64,000 nucleotides of DNA, taken from positions 589 through 64,588 of the forward strand of contig CAZIPL010000002.1 of the NCBI GenBank assembly GCA_964541255.1, read 5' to 3'. Shown piece after piece: positions 41,020-47,617 of this stretch. Each line of letters begins with the position of its first letter. Position 1 is the stretch's first letter. The notes under the pieces were generated by a model. It worked only from the letters and a program-made list of their open reading frames with translations. It did no database searches and was not told where the DNA came from. The DNA is from an uncultured Clostridia bacterium. Its GTDB lineage: Bacteria > Bacillota > Clostridia > Christensenellales > CAMQZB01. A program made the translations under genes and the position numbers.

Positions 41020-41523
41020 GTGAGAAAGTTGGGAAAAACAACGACACAGCGCATGAGCATGATCAAAAACCAAGCGTCTGAACTCCTTTGGTACGGCAGA
41101 ATCGAAACCACCTATTTCCGTGCAAAAGAAGTCGCAAAATATGCTGAAAAGCTTATTACCCTTGCGATGAATACCTATGAGGACAAGCTCGAGGTAACCA
41201 AGAAGGGCAAAGACAAAGACGGAAAGGAAATCGAAATCAAAACGATTAACGACGGTGCAAAGAGACTTGCTGCAAGAAGAACGCTTATGGCAAAACTCGT
41301 TGACCTTAAAGAGCCTAAAAAAGAAGGCGAATCTAAGTCTGAATATGCTGCAAGAACGAAGGATATTAACCATCCTTTGATCGAGAAGATGTTCGGCGAA
41401 ATCGCTCCCAAGTACGCTAAGAGAAAAGAAGAGCTCGGTCAGGGTGGCGGATATACGAGAGTATATAAGCTTTCCGACAGAAAGGGCGACGGCGCTACTA
41501 AGGCTATCGTAGAATTGATTTAA
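41020..41523 (+). CDS. rplQ: 50S ribosomal protein L17 (with an internal insertion of about 45 aa)
   Basis: GTG start 8 nt after AGGAGG; RIETTYFRAKEVAKYAEKLITLA...GGGYTRVYKL. The 167-aa length exceeds the roughly 115-130 aa typical of L17. Confidence 0.93.
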   Translation: MRKLGKTTTQRMSMIKNQASELLWYGRIETTYFRAKEVAKYAEKLITLAMNTYEDKLEVTKKGKDKDGKEIEIKTINDGAKRLAARRTLMAKLVDLKEPKKEGESKSEYAARTKDINHPLIEKMFGEIAPKYAKRKEELGQGGGYTRVYKLSDRKGDGATKAIVELI

Positions 41524-41582
41524 TTTCAAATCAAAAGCTTGCAAAAGAAACTCTTTTGACTAAGCAATTCAAAGTAAATGGA

Positions 41583-41611
41583 AAAGGACACTTGCTTAAG
41601 TGTCCTTTTTT
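41583..41611 (+). terminator. Rho-independent terminator ending the r-protein/rpoA/rplQ transcription unit
   Basis: Perfect 11-bp stem aaaggacactt/aagtgtccttt with a GCTT loop and a T-run. Confidence 0.9.
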
Positions 41612-41623
41612 GATTGGAAAGTA

Positions 41624-41808
41624 TTACTTTTTGATAGGGATTTGAATTTCGGTAAGGTAATTATCTTCGTTTTCGTCGTCACAGCAACCGTGGATATAAA
41701 TTTCTCTAATTGCTCCGTCGATTTGATACCCTTTTTCTTTATCCATTGAAAGTCGTGCGCAATTGAGTTTTAGCGGCAATCGATTTGCAAAATCTTAAAC
41801 TCACTCAT
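41624..41808 (-). pseudogene. relic of a GyrI-like/effector-binding-domain gene (frameshifted, truncated)
   Basis: On the minus strand, MSEFKILQIDCR* (ATG at 41808) is followed out of frame by ...MDKEKGYQIDGAIREIYIHGCCDDENEDNYLTEIQIPIKK* (41746-41624). The ...EIY...TEIQIPI end is typical of GyrI-like domain C-termini, and the region is too short for an intact domain. Confidence 0.3.
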
Positions 41809-41937
41809 AATACGTTTTGGTATTATTTCGTTCGTTTGCCTTGATTTTTGTAAAAGTTGTCGTAGCGTGTATTGTTAATGTGCGATTGAATCATTTATCA
41901 ATCTGCAAGTTCTTTTTTACAGGATAATCAGAAAGAT

Positions 41938-41971
41938 AAATCGGTTTATAATGTATATTATAAACCGATTT
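41938..41971. terminator. perfect 15-bp inverted repeat downstream of fhs
   Basis: aaatcggtttataat-gtat-attataaaccgattt lies 37 nt beyond the fhs stop. On the minus strand it ends in UUU. Confidence 0.55.
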
Positions 41972-42008
41972 GCAATTGAAAATGCAATTTAGATTATAAC
42001 AGACTAAA

Positions 42009-43667
42009 TCAAAACAACCCGTTTACTTCGGCGGTTTCGTCGTCGATAGTCATTCCGACCGCAGCGGGGGTTTTGCTAAGTCCCGGCATAAGCATCATAT
42101 TGCCTGCAATGCCGACAACGAACTCCGCACCGCTTCGCAAAACGACTTCGGATATAGTGATTTCAAAGTTTTCGGGGCGACCGGGCTTTGTCTGGTCGTC
42201 GGACAGCGAATATTGCGTTTTTGCGATAACAACGGGAAGATCGCCGTAGCCCATTTCTTCGAGCTTTTTAAGCTCTTTTTCCGCACTTGTCGAAAAGGTT
42301 ACGCCGTTTGCTCCGTAAATCTTTGTCGCGACGGCGATAAATTTATCTTTAAGAGGAATATCGTCGGGGTAGGAGAGAGTAAAGCCGTTCTCTTTTTCGC
42401 AAAGCTCGACGACTTTTTTTGCAAGCTCCGTCGTGCCGTTGCTTCCTTTTGCCCATTCTTCGGTGAGAATTGCCTCGACGCCATAGCTTTCTACGCCGTT
42501 TTTGAGCGTTTCAACCTCTTTTTCGGTGTCGGACGTAAACTTGTTAATGGCAACTACAACGGGCAAATTATATACGTTTTTGATGTTCTCGATGTGCTTA
42601 TATATGTTGCCTAAACCCTTTTCGAGCGCCTCGACGTTTTCTTCGTTAAGCTCTGTTTTCTTGACTCCGCCGTGCATTTTGAGCGCTCGTATAGTTGCTA
42701 CCAAAACGACAAGATCGGGTGTGAGGTTTGCCTTTCTGCATTTTACGTCGAGGAATTTTTCCGCACCTAAGTCGGCACCAAAGCCCGCTTCGGTAACGGT
42801 ATAATCGGAAAGTCCCATTGCCATACGCGTTGCGATGATACTATTGCAGCCGTGCGCGATATTGGCGAAAGGCCCGCCGTGGACGATTGCAGGAGTACCC
42901 TCTAAGGTCTGAACGAGATTGGGCTTAATCGCCTCTTTCAAAAGAATAGCCATAGCGTTTTCGGCTTTCAAGTCTTTTGCATAAACGGGTTGCTTACTTC
43001 TGTTATAGCCGATAAGAATATTTCCAAGTCTTCTCTTTAAGTCCTTGAGATTCTCGGACAAGCACAAAATCGCCATAATTTCGCTTGCCGCCGTAATAGT
43101 GAAACCGTCCTCACGGGGTGTCCCATTGGTGGCTCCGCCAAGTCCGACGACGATTTTACGCAAGCTTCTGTCGTTAAGGTCAACACAGCGTTTGAAAATA
43201 ACGCGGGTGGGGTCTATGTCAAGCTCGTTCCCTTGGAAGATGTGGTTGTCTATCATCGCGGAAAGAAGATTGTTCGCAGATGTAATCGCGTGGAGATCTC
43301 CCGTGAAATGCAGGTTAATTTCCTCCATTGGGACAATCTGAGCGTACCCTCCGCCCGTTGCTCCGCCTTTAACTCCGAAGACGGGGCCTAAGGACGGCTC
43401 TCTAAGAGCAAGGCATACGTTCTTTCCGATTCGCTTAAGTCCGTCGGCAAGCCCGATCGATACCGTCGTTTTTCCTTCGCCGGCGGGGGTGGGGTTTATT
43501 GCGGTAACCAAAATGAGCTTTGATTTCGGGCTTTTCGGCGAGCCTTCGAGCTTTGCCATATATTTGCCGTAAGGCAAAACGTCGTTCTTATCTATGCCGA
43601 GCTTTTCCGCTACGTCGAAGATATTTTCGGGTGTATATTCTCTTGCGATTTCGATGTCTGTTTTCAT
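42009..43667 (-). CDS. fhs: formate--tetrahydrofolate ligase
   Basis: PTPAGEGKTTVSIGL, EPSLGPVFGVKGGATGGGY. The ATG at 43667 lies 5 nt after GGAGG; the track start (TTG at 43679) overlaps the RBS. Confidence 0.95.
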   Translation of the reverse strand: MKTDIEIAREYTPENIFDVAEKLGIDKNDVLPYGKYMAKLEGSPKSPKSKLILVTAINPTPAGEGKTTVSIGLADGLKRIGKNVCLALREPSLGPVFGVKGGATGGGYAQIVPMEEINLHFTGDLHAITSANNLLSAMIDNHIFQGNELDIDPTRVIFKRCVDLNDRSLRKIVVGLGGATNGTPREDGFTITAASEIMAILCLSENLKDLKRRLGNILIGYNRSKQPVYAKDLKAENAMAILLKEAIKPNLVQTLEGTPAIVHGGPFANIAHGCNSIIATRMAMGLSDYTVTEAGFGADLGAEKFLDVKCRKANLTPDLVVLVATIRALKMHGGVKKTELNEENVEALEKGLGNIYKHIENIKNVYNLPVVVAINKFTSDTEKEVETLKNGVESYGVEAILTEEWAKGSNGTTELAKKVVELCEKENGFTLSYPDDIPLKDKFIAVATKIYGANGVTFSTSAEKELKKLEEMGYGDLPVVIAKTQYSLSDDQTKPGRPENFEITISEVVLRSGAEFVVGIAGNMMLMPGLSKTPAAVGMTIDDETAEVNGLF

Positions 43668-43963
43668 AGTTGCCTCCAAGTGAGATTAAAAGCAAAAAAA
43701 CTTTTTTCTATTGTATCATAAAAAGTATCGTTTGAAAACCCTTTTTTAAAATATTTTTCGTGGGATTTATTGGCATATATATTGAATAAAACCAAGTTGA
43801 CTAAGCTAAAATAAGTTTTGCCTAAAATATCGAAATATGCCGTTACGTTTTTTGCGATTATCTTTATTGTATTTTGAGAAGTTACTTTCAGGTTTTGCAA
43901 TTTGATTGCAATAAATGTTCGATTTATAGTATCAATGGATAGCCGATACGCAAAGTAGTTCCA

Positions 43964-44001
43964 AAATAAAAAACTGCGTAAGCTTTTTTTGCTTACGCAG
44001 T
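43964..44001 (-). terminator. Rho-independent terminator of the small-peptide triplet
   Basis: 11-bp stem actgcgtaagc/gcttacgcagt. On the minus strand it is followed by UUUUUUAUUUU. Confidence 0.8.
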
Positions 44002-44016
44002 TAGTCTTTTTTGTTA

Positions 44017-44115
44017 TTACATTCTCGAATTAGTCGTCATAAAAAGTCTTCCGTATAAATCTACCGTTTTTTCCATGCTCTTGACGAATTTTCTGACCTT
44101 TCTTTTAAGTTTCAT
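44017..44115 (-). CDS. 32-aa basic amphipathic small protein, copy C (most diverged)
   Basis: MKLKRKVRKFVKSMEKTVDLYGRLFMTTNSRM. GGAGG lies 7 nt upstream. Below the ORF-track size cutoff. Confidence 0.7.
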   Translation of the reverse strand: MKLKRKVRKFVKSMEKTVDLYGRLFMTTNSRM

Positions 44116-44155
44116 AATAATACCTCCTGTTTTCTTAACATTTTTCGTTTTCTAA

Positions 44156-44254
44156 TTATATGGCAAAGTTGTTGACGATAAAGAATCTTCCGCGAAGTTC
44201 CGTGTTTTTCTCCATATTTTTAATAAATTCTCTGATTCTTCTTTTAAGCTTCAT
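44156..44254 (-). CDS. 32-aa basic amphipathic small protein, copy B
   Basis: MKLKRRIREFIKNMEKNTELRGRFFIVNNFAI. GGAGGG lies 8 nt upstream. Confidence 0.75.
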   Translation of the reverse strand: MKLKRRIREFIKNMEKNTELRGRFFIVNNFAI

Positions 44255-44290
44255 AATAAATACCCTCCTATTTTCTTTGCGTTTTTCTAA

Positions 44291-44389
44291 TTACATAGCA
44301 ATATTGTTTGTGATGAAAAGTCTTCCGCGAAGTTCTGTGCTTTTCTCCATGTTCTTGATAAACTCTCTAATTCTTCTTTTAAGTTCCAT
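44291..44389 (-). CDS. 32-aa basic amphipathic small protein, copy A (promoter-proximal)
   Basis: MELKRRIREFIKNMEKSTELRGRLFITNNIAM. GGAGG lies 9 nt upstream. Confidence 0.75.
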   Translation of the reverse strand: MELKRRIREFIKNMEKSTELRGRLFITNNIAM

Positions 44390-44418
44390 TTTAAATTACC
44401 TCCGAATCTTTATTTCTG

Positions 44419-44502
44419 GTTATAGTATGCGCTTTGTCAATAAATAAATGTGAACTTAAACGTAAACTTTTCGTAAAATGACGTTAAATAAACGTAAACT
44501 TT
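44419..44502 (-). promoter_or_regulatory. activator-type promoter region: -10 TATAAC plus four phased TT(T/A)ACG hexamers
   Basis: The minus strand reads GTTTACGTTTATTTAACGTCATTTTACGAAAAGTTTACGTTTAAG. The hexamers start 11, 10 and 11 nt apart. The outer 13-mer AAAGTTTACGTTT (plus-strand AAACGTAAACTTT, 44458-44470 and 44490-44502) is repeated exactly 32 nt apart. Confidence 0.5.
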
Positions 44503-44719
44503 CTGGTTTTATTAATTTTATTGAAAATATTAATCCGATTTTTGAAATGAGTTATAAATTGGTTTATATACTATGTTGTGCAAAATCGACAGGGAATAAT
44601 CGTTTTTGTCATAGGCGTTATTTGTCGGGGAAACGGAAGATAACGAACTTAAAGTAATCTCGAGATTTTTGGCATTTTTTATATATTACGGAAACGAAAG
44701 AAGAATAAATGCAAATATG

Positions 44720-44748
44720 TTGAAATATGCCGAAAAAAGTGTTAAAAT
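44720..44748 (+). promoter_or_regulatory. sigma-A type promoter of mscL
   Basis: TTGAAA, a 17-nt spacer, then TAAAAT with TGT immediately upstream (extended -10). Confidence 0.6.
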
Positions 44749-44778
44749 GTCGGCGGAGTATATAAAGGAGCGAAAGAT

Positions 44779-45372
44779 ATGAAAAAGTTTTTTTCGGAAT
44801 TTAAGAAATTCATTCAGCGCGGAAACGTTGTAGATCTCGCCGTCGGCGTTATCATCGGCGGAGCGTTCAGCAAAATTACGTCAAGCCTTGTCAACGACGT
44901 TATCATGCCGCTTATTACGGCGATATTCGGTTTGTTCGGCGTCAAGGGCGGCGTAGAAGGTATGAGTATCGTTTTGAACGGCGTACCTAAATACGTACTC
45001 GACACTTCCACAAATACGCAAGTTTTGAACTCCGAAGCGATTTTGTGGAACTACGGCAATTTTATCCAGACCGTTATCGACTTTTTGCTTATCGCGTTCG
45101 TATTGTTTGTTATTATTAAAGCACTTAATTTTGCTAACGACGAATTGAAAAAAGTTACGGAGAAATCCCCTTTCACGAAAGCAGAGCTTAAAGCGTTGAG
45201 AAAAGAGGGAAAGAGCTATCTCGAAATCAAAAAGCTCGAGGACGAAAAGAGAGCGGAGCTCATTGCCGAGGCAAAGAGAAAGGAAGAAGAGGCAAAAGCA
45301 AACGCGCCCAAGACGGAAGCTCAGCTTTTGCAAGAAATTATCGACCTTTTGAAAGAGCAAAAAGCCGAATAA
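44779..45372 (+). CDS. mscL: large-conductance mechanosensitive channel MscL (long form)
   Basis: FKKFIQRGNVVDLAVGVIIGGAFSKITSSLVNDVIMPLI, ending in a LLQEIIDLLKEQ helix. The 197-aa length reflects a charged linker insertion. Confidence 0.92.
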   Translation: MKKFFSEFKKFIQRGNVVDLAVGVIIGGAFSKITSSLVNDVIMPLITAIFGLFGVKGGVEGMSIVLNGVPKYVLDTSTNTQVLNSEAILWNYGNFIQTVIDFLLIAFVLFVIIKALNFANDELKKVTEKSPFTKAELKALRKEGKSYLEIKKLEDEKRAELIAEAKRKEEEAKANAPKTEAQLLQEIIDLLKEQKAE

Positions 45373-45436
45373 TCTTGACATAAATAAATCTATAAAACAC
45401 GATTGCGTTTATAAAAAATCGTATTTATACCTAAAC

Positions 45437-45468
45437 AAAAAAGTGCTTTTAACAAGCACTTTTTCTTT
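45437..45468. terminator. bidirectional terminator between mscL and the convergent gene
   Basis: Stem aaaagtgctt/aagcactttt with loop ttaac, an A-run on the left and a T-run on the right. Confidence 0.7.
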
Positions 45469-45707
45469 ATATGAGATTGTTTTTTTGACTGTGGAATAAG
45501 TGAATTATTATTTTGATAATTCGTTTTATAAAATGACGGTTTAGACAAATAATTCTTTTGATTATTAGATTGAAACAATCGTGATTTTAGATAAAAACAG
45601 CATCGCCGTTTGATTGTGACTTTGGGGTTTAGATATTATAAAAAATTATTAGTAGATTTTTCGAATCAATTTAGATTAATCTCGATTGCTTCGGCATTTC
45701 AATGGTA

Positions 45708-46523
45708 TTAAAGCAAGTTTTCGTTTTGCTTATCTTTTATCAAGGCGATGTATTTGTCGATAGCGGACAGCCAAGAAGACATATCGAGCTTTTCGCTCAA
45801 AACAACCGACTCGCCGTTTTTGATTGTGGCTAAAAAATCTTTTTGAATTCTTCGAAATTGCTCTGCTAATTCTTTTTGATCGATTAGCTCCAACATCGTG
45901 ATGCCGTCAAGAAGTGTTGTTCGGAACAAAGTGTTCATTTCTAAAACAAGCTCGTCTTTCGTTTTTATCGCTTGGCAAAAGTTTTGAATGTCGAGTTTAT
46001 ATTGCTCCAATACTAATAAAGAGCGAAGAAATAAATCTTCGAAATTCGGAGTGGAAATAGGGGATTTTTCTATTGTGGCAACAATTACAATGTCGTCTAA
46101 CCGTTCTATCAACTCTTTTTCCGTTAAAAGCAATCTTTCGGGTTCACTACTATTTTCATGTTTGTTGTTGATAAAAACAAAACGGTCACCTTCGATTTCG
46201 GAATAGACGACGGCGTGTTTTTCCGTTTGGGTTATTTTTAGACCTATCATGGCGGTGCTACATTTACGAAGATAATCGAGTAAGTCGCGGCTTTTTACGG
46301 CGGTTTCCGTCATGGAAAAGCCCAATGTGTTCAAATATAGGTTGAAATGATTTGCGGTTTGCAGCATTGAGCCCGATGAGTAGATACCGTCGTTATATTC
46401 AAATAAGTATGGCAAATTCATTCCTAATGCAATTTGCCTATCTTCCGCGTCTAAGCCGTGACGTAGCAACATATTTGCAACTCCCGCAAAGGCACAAGAC
46501 GAGTTAAAGGTCATATATTTCAT
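45708..46523 (-). CDS. hypothetical protein with N-terminal papain-like (C39-like/BtrH-N-like) cysteine peptidase fold
   Basis: 271 aa. NSSCAFAGVANMLLRHGL (C10), then KHAVVYSEIEGDRFVFINN (H103, D113/N119), match the order and spacing of a Cys-His-Asp/Asn triad. The C-terminal half is helical. No SD precedes either candidate ATG. Confidence 0.45.
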   Translation of the reverse strand: MKYMTFNSSCAFAGVANMLLRHGLDAEDRQIALGMNLPYLFEYNDGIYSSGSMLQTANHFNLYLNTLGFSMTETAVKSRDLLDYLRKCSTAMIGLKITQTEKHAVVYSEIEGDRFVFINNKHENSSEPERLLLTEKELIERLDDIVIVATIEKSPISTPNFEDLFLRSLLVLEQYKLDIQNFCQAIKTKDELVLEMNTLFRTTLLDGITMLELIDQKELAEQFRRIQKDFLATIKNGESVVLSEKLDMSSWLSAIDKYIALIKDKQNENLL

Positions 46524-46537
46524 AAAATAGTTCGGTT

Positions 46538-46572
46538 TTCAAAAATAACGAAGCCGCCGCGTTATTTTTTGT
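46538..46572 (-). terminator. terminator after AraC gene (symmetric A-run/T-run hairpin)
   Basis: aaaaataacg-aagccgccg-cgttattttt. Confidence 0.7.
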
Positions 46573-46598
46573 GCGACGGCGTAGTGACAATATTTGAA

Positions 46599-47546
46599 TT
46601 ATAGATTTTCGAGCAAGCCCTCGTCCGCTTCGTAATTTTTTATGAGCTCCAAGTTTTTGCTTGGGGAATAGGTATATTCGAAAGCGTGCTTCGAAAGCAT
46701 TCTTTCTTCTGCGTCCTCGGGGTTTTCGGCATACTTTGCTTTGAATTTTTTTGGCGAAAGACCGTATTCCGTTTCAAACGCTTTATATAAATATCTCATA
46801 TCGGAAAAGCCCGACTCGGTGCAAATATCGCCGAGTTTTTTCTTTTCCGAAAGAAGAAGCGTTATGGCGTTATTGAGCCTTATCGACGTAACGTAATCTT
46901 GGAACGTTACGTGCAAAGAGTCCTTAACGAAATGCGACGCATAGAAAAGCGAGAGATTTTCTTTGTCGGCAAAGTCTTGCAAGAGAAGTTTTTCGGCAAA
47001 ACCGTTGTCTACGAATTCGATTAGGCGATTGAGTCTTGCGATTTTTTCGTTTTGAACTTTACCGTCCTTTGTCGTAGTATGCTTCGCGCTCGTCAAAAGA
47101 AGATATATAAAGTCGTTGAAAAGCGCGGCGCAATGGAAGTTGCGATATTTTTCGTTCGAATAGTAAGCTTTTGCTAACGATAAGAAAAGGTATCTCAAAT
47201 CCTCGTAAAAGTCGTTGGCGTCGCTTATTACGGTCTTATTGAAAAGCACTTTTTCGCCGTCTTTCAACGTACCGTCAAACAGCGATTTATTTAGCTCGAT
47301 CGAAAGAAGCGTAACGCCTTTCCCGTCGGTTTTGATCTCGTGGGGGAGATCGTGATTAAAAATCGCGAAGTCGCCTTTTCTTACCGAGAACTCGCCTTTA
47401 GCGGTGATTGCGGTCATTTCGCCGTCGAGAACGAAGTTTATTTCGAGCTGTTCGTGCGCGTGCAAAGTGTTATAGAACACTTTTTTGAGCGTCGGCTTTG
47501 GTATGTTAAGTTGCACGTTGTCTTTTGTTTCTAATACTTTTTCCAT
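46599..47546 (-). CDS. AraC-family transcriptional regulator (cupin + HTH)
   Basis: 315 aa. Cupin region (HAHEQLEINFVLDGEM) and AraC HTH (ICTESGFSDMRYLYKAFETEYGLSPKKF). Confidence 0.85.
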   Translation of the reverse strand: MEKVLETKDNVQLNIPKPTLKKVFYNTLHAHEQLEINFVLDGEMTAITAKGEFSVRKGDFAIFNHDLPHEIKTDGKGVTLLSIELNKSLFDGTLKDGEKVLFNKTVISDANDFYEDLRYLFLSLAKAYYSNEKYRNFHCAALFNDFIYLLLTSAKHTTTKDGKVQNEKIARLNRLIEFVDNGFAEKLLLQDFADKENLSLFYASHFVKDSLHVTFQDYVTSIRLNNAITLLLSEKKKLGDICTESGFSDMRYLYKAFETEYGLSPKKFKAKYAENPEDAEERMLSKHAFEYTYSPSKNLELIKNYEADEGLLENL

Positions 47547-47617
47547 TCTTTTTATTTCCTATTTTTTCTTTTTGTTTTTTGATTTTTATGCATTTGCAAA
47601 AACTGACTTTTGCTTTT

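Noticed and set aside
44291-44389. Double-glycine (C39-type) leader in the small peptides
   Set aside because: No GG, GA or GS motif is present. The only Gly sits in ELRGR/DLYGR, so a classical bacteriocin-leader interpretation is not supported by the sequence.
43964-44403. Possible CRISPR-like or non-coding tandem repeat
   Set aside because: The 135-139 bp units are far longer than a CRISPR repeat plus spacer. There are no conserved short direct repeats with unique spacers, and the units are explained by RBS + ORF + spacer.
44160-44447. 95-aa plus-strand ORF with internal repeats (MAKLLTIKNLPRSSVFFSIFLINSLILLLS...)
   Set aside because: It is the antisense reading of the three tandem minus-strand peptide genes. 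It has no RBS, and its repetitive low-complexity sequence simply mirrors the repeat. The minus-strand units each have a GGAGG site, identical length and a synonymous-biased substitution pattern.
44458-44502. Calling the hexamer array a bona fide Pho box
   Set aside because: The hexamers end in G (TTTACG), whereas Bacillus PhoP boxes end in A (TTAACA-type). Only the repeat architecture is similar, so the regulator identity is left open.
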